DNA of 64,000 bases, taken from IMG/VR virus record IMGVR_UViG_3300028298_000002. One strand, 5' to 3'. Position 1 is the stretch's first letter. Every line of letters begins with the position of its first letter. Positions 17,628-27,060 of this stretch are shown piece after piece. This DNA comes from a virus. Lineage: Duplodnaviria > Heunggongvirae > Uroviricota > Caudoviricetes. The position numbers and the translations under genes were made by a program. The notes under the pieces were generated by a model, which saw nothing but the letters and a program-made list of their open reading frames with translations, made no database searches and was not told the DNA's origin.

Positions 17628-17867
17628 TTAGTTAGGTTTATTTAGGCGGAATTGTTCACGTTCCTTATCTTCTTTATCAATTAAATCTCTGTACGCTTTG
17701 TCCCACTTCTGCCATCTTTTTAGGGCTTTCAGAAATGCTGGACTATTTTCAATAACTGCACCTTCTTCTTCGCTTTTCCCTTGCATCTGTTCAGTTATCT
17801 TATCAAATGCTTTCCAAGAAATATAATAGTTATGGGCTAGTCTTATGTATTCCTTGCTTCTTGCCAC
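17628..17867 (-). CDS. hypothetical protein (79 aa)
   Basis: ORF. Confidence 0.45.
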   Translation of the reverse strand: MARSKEYIRLAHNYYISWKAFDKITEQMQGKSEEEGAVIENSPAFLKALKRWQKWDKAYRDLIDKEDKEREQFRLNKPN

Positions 17868-18757
17868 TACTTTTTCTTTTTCTTCTTTTTCGGTGGTGTT
17901 TTCTTAATCTTTGGTTTGGGCTTATTGGGTTTCTTTTTGCTAGAAACTCCACTAGGCTTAGTTATGGGCTTTTGACTTGGCAATTTTACAGCTTTTTTAT
18001 CGGCTTTCAAAGGAGGGTTTTCAACAATTGGGGGTTCGTTTTCAACAACATCGCTAACAACTGCTGGAACTGGCACTTTGAAGATGATATCCTTTGGATC
18101 ATAATCGACATTTTCGAATACGATTTTTTCGCTAGTCCAAAAAGGTTCGTGATTGATTTCAATCATCTCGTTTACAGCGTTTCGCTGAATCCCAAGGTAA
18201 GTTGTTTTCACTAAGTTTCCTAACAGCTGGACCAGGTATTGACGCATCGCTTCGTTTGATACCACTACTGCATCTGAAAAGTACATGTTGTCGCAAACGA
18301 TTGGCAACACGATGTCTTCATCAAACATTGTTTTTAGTGGATGGCTAACTGGTAATTCCCAACAGTTAAAGTCAATAGTGAATTCCACTGTGCAATGCGG
18401 ATTGATTGACCGGATATGGTCATAGATTTCGTGCAGCGGTTGAGCAACGAATGGAAAAACGATTCTGGTAGCCCAGCGGATCATTTTAGTTTGGTCCTCT
18501 GAAGCATTTTCAGGAGATAGGATATCAAGCGACTTGTAGCCTACAAGCTGTTCTTCTACTGAAAAATCACTTAGTGAGGTAACAGCAGTAGCAATGCCTG
18601 GCGTTTTATCTAGGTGCGGAAGCAACATTTTGTATAAGTACTTTCCGCTTAGTGATGGGTTTACGAATAACATTCTTTCTGTTCCTTGTTGTTCAAACTG
18701 GGACATAAAGTATTCGTGGTTCGCCAGGTTTCTTTTTAATTCGATGATCTTTTTCAT
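17867..18757 (-). CDS. hypothetical protein with Pro/Lys-rich C-terminal tail ending in KKKKKKK
   Basis: ORF. Tail ...KPNKPKPKIKKTPPKKKKKKK. Confidence 0.55.
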   Translation of the reverse strand: MKKIIELKRNLANHEYFMSQFEQQGTERMLFVNPSLSGKYLYKMLLPHLDKTPGIATAVTSLSDFSVEEQLVGYKSLDILSPENASEDQTKMIRWATRIVFPFVAQPLHEIYDHIRSINPHCTVEFTIDFNCWELPVSHPLKTMFDEDIVLPIVCDNMYFSDAVVVSNEAMRQYLVQLLGNLVKTTYLGIQRNAVNEMIEINHEPFWTSEKIVFENVDYDPKDIIFKVPVPAVVSDVVENEPPIVENPPLKADKKAVKLPSQKPITKPSGVSSKKKPNKPKPKIKKTPPKKKKKKK

Positions 18758-18759
18758 GG

Positions 18760-19044
18760 TTATTTTAGTTTTTCAAGTGCAATTAATCGGTCAATTTCAG
18801 CAGCAATAAGAGCTCCAGCAACTACTAGTCGCTTGATGTATGATTTGTTAAGGAGTTTTTCTTTTTTGAAGAAGTTCCAATTTTCTGGAAATTCGGAATG
18901 GTCGTTTGTAAGCATAGCGATTGCTACCTTTTTCAATTCTTCATCTTGATTTTTCAGCACATCGTGTTGAACCTGATGATTGTGCTTATGAATTTGTTCA
19001 TTGCGTTCTTCTTGAATTAATTCAAGGCCTGTTTTTGTACTCAT
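18760..19044 (-). CDS. hypothetical protein (94 aa)
   Basis: ORF. CTAACTAACTA motif at plus 19050-19060. Confidence 0.45.
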   Translation of the reverse strand: MSTKTGLELIQEERNEQIHKHNHQVQHDVLKNQDEELKKVAIAMLTNDHSEFPENWNFFKKEKLLNKSYIKRLVVAGALIAAEIDRLIALEKLK

Positions 19045-19087
19045 TGTTCTAGTTAGTTAGGTTTTGTTTGTACGATACTGGTTCGTG

Positions 19088-19342
19088 TTAGTGTGTTAAT
19101 CCATTAGTTATTGAAAAGTGCGACATACAGCCGATTGTTCTATTTATGGAAGGGGTTATGTTGTTACCAAATACCCTCCACATTGGTTTCCCTTCATTCA
19201 ATGGTAGCGAAATTACATCACCACAGCCACAAGGACATTTTAAATCAGCCCTTGCTTCGTTTCTACAAACGTAAACAACACCTTCTTCTAAAGAATTTGG
19301 TGGCGATTCTACATCTGTAAAAATGAAATGTTTACTTAGCAT
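19088..19342 (-). CDS. CPCGCG zinc-ribbon small protein
   Basis: LKCPCGCGDVISLPL...W....ITPSI....C.SHFSI. CTAACTAACTA motif 1 nt upstream (plus 19344-19354). Confidence 0.5.
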   Translation of the reverse strand: MLSKHFIFTDVESPPNSLEEGVVYVCRNEARADLKCPCGCGDVISLPLNEGKPMWRVFGNNITPSINRTIGCMSHFSITNGLTH

Positions 19343-19357
19343 CTAGTTAGTTAGGAT

Positions 19358-20440
19358 TTAATATTTTACAAGGTTATTTTTAATGATTGGATTCCCCTCT
19401 AAATTCACATCGTATCCGTATCGGAAAACCATTTGGGCGTTGGACCACCCTCCAAGTCTGGCAATGTTTGAATCGGATGCACCTTGCTTCAAAAGGTTAG
19501 AAACAAAGTATCGTCTCATGCTGTGTGGTGTTATTGCAACAGATTTGAATTCAGTAGCATTTCTCCATCTTAACAGCTTGGTGTAAATGTATTGGGTAGT
19601 AACGGGCTTAATGCCTTTGGTTTTGGCACTGCGTTTTGAATTATTAAATATCAGGTAATTGTATTTTCTGGTAGGGGTAGCAGGAACATAATCATCTTCT
19701 CCAACTTTACCTTTTGCTGGGGTGCCTGGATGATAAGGTAAAATTCCTTCAGTAGCCCAATCGGGCATCGGGATTCTTTTGTTTGTTCCTTGTTTTTCTT
19801 GGTAGATGTTGATCTCTTTATTCAGCCAGTCTATGTCTGAAGTTTTGATCTTAGCGATTTCTGACCTACGGCATCCAAAAGCCATAAAGAAGAAAATCCA
19901 TTTGTCGTTAATATCACCAGCATCTACGACTGTTTTAATTGCGTTGTAAACATCGTCATTGATACGCGTTTGTTTTTTGAAGGCGTTGGTGTCGCCAGTA
20001 GAAATCCAATCGCTTGAAAAGGAAGCCCGAATATCAAGGTTGTAATCGGGATGGGTGAACTTAAAGAAGTCGAAAAACTTCTTTACACTTTGCTGTGCTA
20101 GTGCTTTTGAGTTCTGGGATAGTTCAGTGGATCCTAATGCTTTTTCATAACAGATAACAAGATTTGTCAGCACCAATGTTTTGGTAACATTGTTTATTGG
20201 AAATTGGAGCTTGTTACACCATACCAGAAACTGCTTAACATTTCGTAAATAGGTGTTTACGGTATGGGCGCTAGTAATCTTCTTTGATATGGCCATAAAG
20301 TTCTGAAAAGCCTTTAATAATTGTTCCACATCATTATAACCAGTTAGGTGTTCTTTAGATACGGAATTCATATCTAAATCAATGCTAGGTAGGTTATCGA
20401 GGTTTATTTTATTTTCGTTATTCTGTAATTGGTCGCTCAT
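19358..20440 (-). CDS. int: tyrosine site-specific recombinase / phage integrase
   Basis: C-terminal catalytic signature HSMRRYFVS...LGGWSNAQMVFRYGY (H-x-x-R...Y). N-terminal SAM-like core-binding region. Confidence 0.85.
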   Translation of the reverse strand: MSDQLQNNENKINLDNLPSIDLDMNSVSKEHLTGYNDVEQLLKAFQNFMAISKKITSAHTVNTYLRNVKQFLVWCNKLQFPINNVTKTLVLTNLVICYEKALGSTELSQNSKALAQQSVKKFFDFFKFTHPDYNLDIRASFSSDWISTGDTNAFKKQTRINDDVYNAIKTVVDAGDINDKWIFFFMAFGCRRSEIAKIKTSDIDWLNKEINIYQEKQGTNKRIPMPDWATEGILPYHPGTPAKGKVGEDDYVPATPTRKYNYLIFNNSKRSAKTKGIKPVTTQYIYTKLLRWRNATEFKSVAITPHSMRRYFVSNLLKQGASDSNIARLGGWSNAQMVFRYGYDVNLEGNPIIKNNLVKY

Positions 20441-20660
20441 TTTGTAGTATTAAAAGCATTTTATCTATGCCGTTTTCCAATTTTGCTAAAGTAGTAAGAA
20501 ATTTGATAGCAAACATCTTTTTTTTATCCAAAGTTATTGGGGGTGGTTTCGGGGCAAAACCAATTCTGTATGGTTTACCGACATAATGATATGCATTATG
20601 GTGCTTCGACCTTTTTTCTTTTGGCTGAGCCAAACTTCTAGCTAATCTTTTATCGTCCAT
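20418..20660 (-). CDS. hypothetical basic protein upstream of integrase
   Basis: ORF overlapping the integrase start. Confidence 0.4.
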   Translation of the reverse strand: MDDKRLARSLAQPKEKRSKHHNAYHYVGKPYRIGFAPKPPPITLDKKKMFAIKFLTTLAKLENGIDKMLLILQNERPITE

Positions 20661-21103
20661 TAGTTCGATAGGTAAACGTAAGCAATACTATATTTTTCAA
20701 TCCGGTCGTGATCCTTTTTTCGTAAGCCTTTCAATCGGGTGATATCAGAATTGTGCCGTAAATCAGCTTTCTTTACTTCAGTAGCCCTTTTGCTTACTGC
20801 AATCGGTTTAATGTATTCCATATAGTCAGTCCCTTTAATATGGGTAAGCAAATACAAATCACCAACAACTCCCGTTGAAAACCCCGCTGCTAATAGTTTA
20901 TCGAAAGTCCAGTTAATTTCGGAAGTTTCATCTGTGTCTTCAACAAGGTCGTGAAGGACGGCAACTATCATCGCCTCTTCACCTAAATGGCGAACCTCGT
21001 TCATTACCCAAAGACAATGTAAGATGTATGGGTTTCCACCTTTATCCGTTTTGCCTTCAAAGGCTTTTGCTGCGATTGAAATCGCTAGTCCTAGTTTGTT
21101 CAT
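20660..21103 (-). CDS. RelA/SpoT-family HD hydrolase domain protein (small alarmone hydrolase-like)
   Basis: YILHCLWV...MIVAVLHDLVEDT plus KKADLRHNS, matching the SpoT hydrolase motifs (H...LHDvvEDT, KLADRLHN). Confidence 0.7.
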   Translation of the reverse strand: MNKLGLAISIAAKAFEGKTDKGGNPYILHCLWVMNEVRHLGEEAMIVAVLHDLVEDTDETSEINWTFDKLLAAGFSTGVVGDLYLLTHIKGTDYMEYIKPIAVSKRATEVKKADLRHNSDITRLKGLRKKDHDRIEKYSIAYVYLSN

Positions 21104-21348
21104 TTTTTTTCCTCCAGTTGTTTTAAAAGTTCGTCAGCATAGCGAATAGAAGCTGTAACCACTGTTTTTATTTCTGCTGTTCCTAATTGTCCTGCAAGTA
21201 ACCCTTGCAAAGCCATTGCTGAAATATATTCACGTTTTGTTAAGCCAGATTGACCGGATTCAATATAATTCATATCGGTTTCTCTGCATTGCTGTCCATC
21301 TTGTTTAAATGAAGGGATTCCAAAAGCTGATGCGTCTGCGTTTTTCAT
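21100..21348 (-). CDS. hypothetical protein (82 aa)
   Basis: ORF. Confidence 0.45.
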   Translation of the reverse strand: MKNADASAFGIPSFKQDGQQCRETDMNYIESGQSGLTKREYISAMALQGLLAGQLGTAEIKTVVTASIRYADELLKQLEEKK

Positions 21349-21358
21349 AGGTTTATAA

Positions 21359-22048
21359 TTAGCAAGGTTTACCGAATGGCTTTGCCTTTTGGTTTAAATC
21401 GATTTTGATTACTTTAACGAATTCGTTAGTATCCTTTCCGAAGAAGTCGCCTTCTGTTTCCGTAATCATTGTGTAATGGGCTTGGATAATATGTCCAGAT
21501 TCGACTACGACAAAATAATCGCGGCCTTTTTCAAGTGCAGACCGATTAATGAATTCGATAGGAATGAAGTTGAATGGAGGTTGTTTCTTTATTTCCTTGA
21601 AATTTTTTAAAGCACCATATCCACTCGTTCCTACGCCTGGTGAACCTCGCCAGATATGATACCATTCGGCAAACGTAATCATATCATCATCAGACCAAGG
21701 AAATTTATCAATTTCACCAACCACATTCAATCCGCTACCATCATCGTTAATTGATATTTCGGCTATGGTATTGTGTGCCGAATTCTTGATGACTATTTTA
21801 TTTGTGGTTGCAGAAGTAGTTCCTTTACCAATGATGGTAACATAGTCTGTTTCGGGAAGAGGGAAAGGATATTCCGGAATAGGAAACTCCTGAATCTTCT
21901 TTGCGATTGCTGAAAAGGTAGCTTTCACATCGATAGAAGTGGCTTTATCCGTGTTCTGTTCGTCTGAAAACGCTTTGGATATGCTTTCAAGTGTTTGTTT
22001 ACAGGCTTTGTCCCATATGCATCGCCCTGTGCTGAATTGGTTTTCCAT
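21359..22048 (-). CDS. hypothetical protein (229 aa)
   Basis: ORF. Confidence 0.5.
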   Translation of the reverse strand: MENQFSTGRCIWDKACKQTLESISKAFSDEQNTDKATSIDVKATFSAIAKKIQEFPIPEYPFPLPETDYVTIIGKGTTSATTNKIVIKNSAHNTIAEISINDDGSGLNVVGEIDKFPWSDDDMITFAEWYHIWRGSPGVGTSGYGALKNFKEIKKQPPFNFIPIEFINRSALEKGRDYFVVVESGHIIQAHYTMITETEGDFFGKDTNEFVKVIKIDLNQKAKPFGKPC

Positions 22049-22338
22049 TATTTTTCGATTTTGCTGAATAACTTGTAAATACTGATTTGTCCTTGAAAGA
22101 ACTGAATGCCTAAATTACCTTTGGTTAATGTAAGAAGCTTCACGATTTCTTTCCGGGAAATTAATTGGTCGCTGTTAATGTTGATCAGGTTGCCCTTTTC
22201 GTTTTCGGTGAATGTGATACTGTGTTTTTCCAGCCATTCTTTCAAGAAAAATAATGCTAGTTTTTCTTCCTTTTCTTTTTCTTCTTGGAGCTTTTTATCT
22301 TGAAAAGCTTTCCAGGGTTCTTTCTTTGCGTCTGCCAT
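22048..22338 (-). CDS. hypothetical protein (96 aa)
   Basis: ORF. Confidence 0.45.
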   Translation of the reverse strand: MADAKKEPWKAFQDKKLQEEKEKEEKLALFFLKEWLEKHSITFTENEKGNLININSDQLISRKEIVKLLTLTKGNLGIQFFQGQISIYKLFSKIEK

Positions 22339-22341
22339 AAT

Positions 22342-22866
22342 TTATTTTTCTTCGTTAGTTTGTCTGATTTGAGTGGTTTTAAAAAACATAATAGCCCCAT
22401 TTTCGCTTAATCTGGCGTACACCGGATAAAGAAAAAATTGTTTGTTGTATTCGGGACATTTGGGATCTGTGATTCGGTATTTGAAGTTTTTGTAACCATC
22501 GAAGAATTTAAGGTTTACATCAAGTGGTTCGGGCTTATCCATATTTGTCATATCTGAATTGATAGCCGTTTTGCAACCGCGTTTCATTAATTCATCCATC
22601 CACATAGTCTGAAACATAAGTATCAAAATAACGGCAATCGTCCCGAAGAATAATTTAAGCCAAAAGGCGTTATCGGTGCATATCCAAACGATAAGTGTTG
22701 ATGCCCAAGCCGAACCTAATAACGCCCCGATAACAGCCGAAACAATTCTGCCAGTAGTTTTGTACCACTTTTGGATTTTGAATATCCATAATCCCATAAT
22801 TAACACGTTATTTGCCGAAGCCATCACGGATTCGAGATCCTTGAATTCTTTGTTGTCTTTTTTCAT
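22342..22866 (-). CDS. membrane protein (174 aa)
   Basis: Several hydrophobic helices. Confidence 0.5.
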   Translation of the reverse strand: MKKDNKEFKDLESVMASANNVLIMGLWIFKIQKWYKTTGRIVSAVIGALLGSAWASTLIVWICTDNAFWLKLFFGTIAVILILMFQTMWMDELMKRGCKTAINSDMTNMDKPEPLDVNLKFFDGYKNFKYRITDPKCPEYNKQFFLYPVYARLSENGAIMFFKTTQIRQTNEEK

Positions 22867-23147
22867 TTTTCGATTAAGATTGATTGAATGCGCGTAGGAT
22901 TATTTTTGATAGCGAAGCCTTTCCAAGATTCTCTGTAACCACCTGATGTAACAACATAGTAATAATCCATATCATTCAGGCTATTAATAAGTTCTTCTGT
23001 GGCGATTGTTGGGACAAATACAGCTGGGACTTCTTTACCCATTTTTTGAAGCATAATGTTGAAGTCGCATAAAGCGTTTCTTTCTGGACCAGTTGGGGTG
23101 GCTTCAATTTTCTGTTCCAGTTCGGATTGGTTAATTATTCTGTTCAT
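22863..23147 (-). CDS. hypothetical protein (94 aa)
   Basis: ORF. Confidence 0.45.
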   Translation of the reverse strand: MNRIINQSELEQKIEATPTGPERNALCDFNIMLQKMGKEVPAVFVPTIATEELINSLNDMDYYYVVTSGGYRESWKGFAIKNNPTRIQSILIEK

Positions 23148-23153
23148 AGTTTG

Positions 23154-23351
23154 TTATTTTTTACCTTTTTTTGCAAATATCGTTATTAATCCCATTGAAG
23201 CGAACAATAAAAAAAACGAAAGAAGAAATGTTCGTACTGACCACCAATTAAATTCGTTTCCAAAGACCAATTCTATCACCATCCATATTCCAGTAATAAA
23301 GATTGACATGTATGATATGAATATCATTGCTATTGCAAATGTTTTGTTCAT
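23154..23351 (-). CDS. small membrane protein
   Basis: Two TM helices. Confidence 0.4.
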   Translation of the reverse strand: MNKTFAIAMIFISYMSIFITGIWMVIELVFGNEFNWWSVRTFLLSFFLLFASMGLITIFAKKGKK

Positions 23352-24952
23352 AATACCATATAGCTAAAGAGGTGGGATATTACTTCAATCGTCCACCCAT
23401 TTCCTAAACACTGGTAAACCCTAGTTTCTGATATGATGTACTTTCCGTCTTTGAAGAAATAATCGTCTTTTACGGTCTGTAAACGGCAACATTCAATTGG
23501 TGTTAATCTGCGGATTCGGAAGTCGCTGGTGTATATCGACTTTCTCGAACTATCCAAATCTAGGGTTGGGCTAATGCCGTTAATATCGTAAACTCGATTC
23601 TGTTGATATGGTTGTCGTCCACTTTCTTTTGATGGATTTAATTGTCTAATCTCACGTACCAATATTCGTTCGTCAGCGCCTGTGCTGGTTAATGTTGGGG
23701 CTAACCCATCTTCATCGTAAACGCGGTTGGTCTTTTCGAATACGCTTTCCTTTTCAATGAATTCCATTACCTGTGCATCGAACTTGTCGGTAGTGATGGA
23801 TAGGATTTCTTTTAATTTCATCCAATATTCTGGACTAGGAATACTGAAACTTGCATCGGTTCTGAACCAATGTTCTATTTCGGTTTTCGGTATTCTAAGT
23901 TTTTCTGCAAGATTTCGGATGGTGATATTGCCTTTGTGTTCCTTCAGCAACGCTTGTAATCCCGGAATATCCACTTCGTGCTTTCTGACTGATACCATTT
24001 CTGGAATGTCGTGGGCAATAAGTCTAGGAATAGCATATAACCCCGTTTTAGCACCGCCACCGCCACCAAGTGCTGAAAGTGTCACACTTTTACCAGTGTC
24101 GGTATAAATTCGCCCAGCAACGCTATTATGCTCGTTATCGTAAATGTTTCCAATTTGGGTAAGTCCATCCTTTTTGCTGTCAGCGATGTATTGCTGATCA
24201 CGTCCACCACCTTTGAAATAACCCGCGTGAATAGTGTTGGATTTTTCGTTTTCGATAGAATCGTTGTTGTGTCTTTCAATTTTAGCAAGTGCTAAATCAC
24301 TAAGGAAATACTTTTCAGCAACATCTTTTTGAAGGATATCGCGAAGGAATATTTTTCTGTCCTTTGGCTGCGGGATGTAGCTTTCCATATCACCGAACAA
24401 TCCAGCTTCCGCCATTCCGATGTTGGTCCAGTACAATCTGCGTCTTGACTGAGCGCTCACTAGGGAACTATTGATTTCAATCGGGTTTACACCGATGGCT
24501 TTTGTAAGGATCTTTTCCCACTTTTCGCCCATCATCACGTTTTCCAAAAGGAAGTATCGTGGTTTTGTTTCCTTCAGTAATCGCATAAATTCCCAGAACA
24601 GATAACTTTGTCCTTCAAATTCGTACCCTTCGGACTTCAGCTGAAGATAATGTTCAAGCGTTAGGACTTCCTGTTCATCCTTCGTGGACATCCCTTTTCT
24701 TTTACCCGCGAAACTGAAGGATTGGCAGGGACTCCCTCCACAAAGCAAGTCGATTTGGGGCAAAGAATACCCATCTACATCGACAACGCTTCCCAATTGC
24801 CTAGTGTTTGGATAATTTGCCATCGTTGCCTGGATAGCATACTTGTCGATTTCGGAAGCAAAGTAGTTATCTACCTTGATTCCTAATCGGTCAAGTGCTT
24901 GTTGCCCACAAGAACAACCATCAAAAAGAGAAAGGACATTGAATTCTGGCAT
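23348..24952 (-). CDS. DNA (cytosine-5)-methyltransferase
   Basis: Motif I LFDGCSCG, motif IV GGSPCQSFSFAG, motif VI LLENV, C-terminal motif X region QCLGNGW. Confidence 0.9.
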   Translation of the reverse strand: MPEFNVLSLFDGCSCGQQALDRLGIKVDNYFASEIDKYAIQATMANYPNTRQLGSVVDVDGYSLPQIDLLCGGSPCQSFSFAGKRKGMSTKDEQEVLTLEHYLQLKSEGYEFEGQSYLFWEFMRLLKETKPRYFLLENVMMGEKWEKILTKAIGVNPIEINSSLVSAQSRRRLYWTNIGMAEAGLFGDMESYIPQPKDRKIFLRDILQKDVAEKYFLSDLALAKIERHNNDSIENEKSNTIHAGYFKGGGRDQQYIADSKKDGLTQIGNIYDNEHNSVAGRIYTDTGKSVTLSALGGGGGAKTGLYAIPRLIAHDIPEMVSVRKHEVDIPGLQALLKEHKGNITIRNLAEKLRIPKTEIEHWFRTDASFSIPSPEYWMKLKEILSITTDKFDAQVMEFIEKESVFEKTNRVYDEDGLAPTLTSTGADERILVREIRQLNPSKESGRQPYQQNRVYDINGISPTLDLDSSRKSIYTSDFRIRRLTPIECCRLQTVKDDYFFKDGKYIISETRVYQCLGNGWTIEVISHLFSYMVL

Positions 24953-25145
24953 ACTAGCTAGTTCGGTTTTGTAAAGATTTCATTCACTGCAAATAATGGC
25001 TTATAATCCTTTTGAATTGACAATAGAATTTCTTTCAGTTCGGTGGGACATTTAGCCATTTGTATTCTTCGGTAATCTTCCACCCGAAGCCGATATGCTT
25101 GTCGGTCTATTAGTACGATCTTTCTCGATTTCATTGGTTCAAAAT

Positions 25146-25652
25146 TTATTTTTTAGAATTCATATGAAGAAAGTGCTGTATTTCAACCATTCTATTCTGA
25201 TTGTGCAATCCTTCTGCACGGCTAAATATATCAGCATATCCTTTTATTAAATTTGACACGCTCCGACCAGTTGTTAAATAATATTCTAGGAGGATAGCGT
25301 CCACGTAAGTGTCGCTATATGTTCTATCGCGAACAACATTACTTTTAGTATCAAGCCAAAGTATTAGGAAGAAAACGAAATCAGGGGTACAATCTTCAAC
25401 CATCAATCTTTTTTTACTGAATTCCATTATGCCACTAGAATGGGAAACTCTGCAATTTGTCGAAAGTGCTTGGCTACTATTGTCAAATAATTCATCAAAA
25501 TATGAAATATGATATTTTTGATCCTTCGAAAAATATTCTCCAGCAGAAAGAATAGTGTATTTTTCCGAAAAAGATTTTGCGAAATCTAATAATTCTTGGT
25601 CTGGATTGAGTGTTGGATTTGGTTTCATTTTTAGTGTTGGATTTGGTTTCAT
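25146..25652 (-). CDS. hypothetical protein, tandem paralog A, with duplicated MKPNPTL N-terminus
   Basis: Shares ...LLDFAKSFSEKY...YYLTTGR... with 25657..26112. The 24-bp tandem duplication at 25606-25653 encodes MKPNPTL twice. Confidence 0.55.
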   Translation of the reverse strand: MKPNPTLKMKPNPTLNPDQELLDFAKSFSEKYTILSAGEYFSKDQKYHISYFDELFDNSSQALSTNCRVSHSSGIMEFSKKRLMVEDCTPDFVFFLILWLDTKSNVVRDRTYSDTYVDAILLEYYLTTGRSVSNLIKGYADIFSRAEGLHNQNRMVEIQHFLHMNSKK

Positions 25653-25656
25653 TTTT

Positions 25657-26112
25657 TTATTTTTTAGCGTTTACAAAATCAATCAATGCTTGGATTCTTT
25701 CGCGTGTAACATCGTTATCACCAGAAGAAAATAGGCTTATGTACCCGGTCATAACATTCTTGGGCAAACGACCAGTTGTTAAATAATATTCCATTGTTCT
25801 GATATCAGATTTTTCTGTGTCCAATATTTCTCTTTGGATAATGCACCAGATAACCATAAAGAAAATATAATCATCATTGGTTTCAAGCTTTCGTAGCTTG
25901 TCCCTTGAAATAACAATCATTCCAGACGGGTTTTCGACTAGGATATTTGTTGTTTTTTCTTCTCCATCAACAGTGATTCTGTCCACATACTTGATGTGAT
26001 ACTTTTTATCACCTGGCGAAACGTAGTCGCCTGGACCAATAATGTTCCAGTTTTCTGAAAAGGTTTCTGCGAAGGCCAATAGTTCTTGGTCTGGTTCGAA
26101 TGTGGTTTCCAT
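25657..26112 (-). CDS. hypothetical protein, tandem paralog B (start at internal ATG 26112)
   Basis: The longest ORF runs to 26178 but overlaps the upstream gene by 65 nt. The ATG at 26112 (METTFEPDQELL) aligns with paralog A and lies 1 nt after the upstream stop. Confidence 0.55.
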   Translation of the reverse strand: METTFEPDQELLAFAETFSENWNIIGPGDYVSPGDKKYHIKYVDRITVDGEEKTTNILVENPSGMIVISRDKLRKLETNDDYIFFMVIWCIIQREILDTEKSDIRTMEYYLTTGRLPKNVMTGYISLFSSGDNDVTRERIQALIDFVNAKK

Positions 26113-26113
26113 T

Positions 26114-26965
26114 TTATAAATCTTTATGAATGCAACAATGTTTATACTTCTTTCCGCTTCCGCAATGACAGACATCATTTCGTCTTCGCTTTGGATCCGG
26201 TACTTTTTTTACGACTGGTGGTTTTGGTTTTGGTTCTTCTTTTGGTTTTGGTAGAACACCATGAATGATAAAATCACCTGTCTTTTTGCTGATTTGGTAC
26301 ACGCAGTTTGAATCCGTTTTTTGAAATAGAAATTCATCTGTGGACATTGAATCGTAGGCCCCTTCACAAATAACGTGTCCAGTTAATAGATTGATATATT
26401 TACGATTCACCGAACAAACAACTCCGTGTAGATATGGTGAATCGTCTGCCTGGAAAACAATTTCACCTAATTTATTAATTACAGCTTTTTTACTCCAAAT
26501 TCCGAAAAAACCAACCACAGCAAATCCAAATTCATTGAAGTTTTCATTCATTCCATAGGGTTTGAAGATTGCTTCAGTAAGCTTATGTTCTTCGTTGTAT
26601 AAAGCATATCCAAATTCGGAAGCTATTCCTGATTTGGTTATGATACTCACTTCAGCTTTTTTTCCAACAAGGAACATCCCGCCTTTGTAATACCTAAAAT
26701 CAGTACACTCAAATAGGAATTTGCCTTCTTTAGAATAAATGGTTTTTGTATCATTCAGAAAACAAGAAAAGTATCGACCGCCAACTTGTATGAAATCGTA
26801 TTTATGGGGGATATTTAATCTTTCGATTCCCTCAAAACTGTTGATAGTGGTGATGCCTTCTTCTTCCCTCTGTTTTTGTTTTTGACGGGCATCCATTCCA
26901 GCAATTAGTTGCGAAAAGAAATCTCCGCCACCACCTAACATTCTTAAATATTCAGAATACCCCAT
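26114..26965 (-). CDS. SEC-C motif (SecA C-terminal-type zinc-binding) domain protein
   Basis: C-terminus CHCGSGKKYKHCC. Confidence 0.6.
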   Translation of the reverse strand: MGYSEYLRMLGGGGDFFSQLIAGMDARQKQKQREEEGITTINSFEGIERLNIPHKYDFIQVGGRYFSCFLNDTKTIYSKEGKFLFECTDFRYYKGGMFLVGKKAEVSIITKSGIASEFGYALYNEEHKLTEAIFKPYGMNENFNEFGFAVVGFFGIWSKKAVINKLGEIVFQADDSPYLHGVVCSVNRKYINLLTGHVICEGAYDSMSTDEFLFQKTDSNCVYQISKKTGDFIIHGVLPKPKEEPKPKPPVVKKVPDPKRRRNDVCHCGSGKKYKHCCIHKDL

Positions 26966-27060
26966 TTACTTTAAATTTAAAATTATTAAAAGGTTCAACA
27001 ATCCTCCAATCAATGAAATTATTTCAATCACTAATGCAGTAGCGCTTCGTTTGCTGTGCT

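Noticed and set aside
25606-25653. Possible CRISPR-like repeat
   Set aside because: Only two adjacent copies, no spacers, and it is coding (duplicated MKPNPTL). No CRISPR array is present anywhere in the window.
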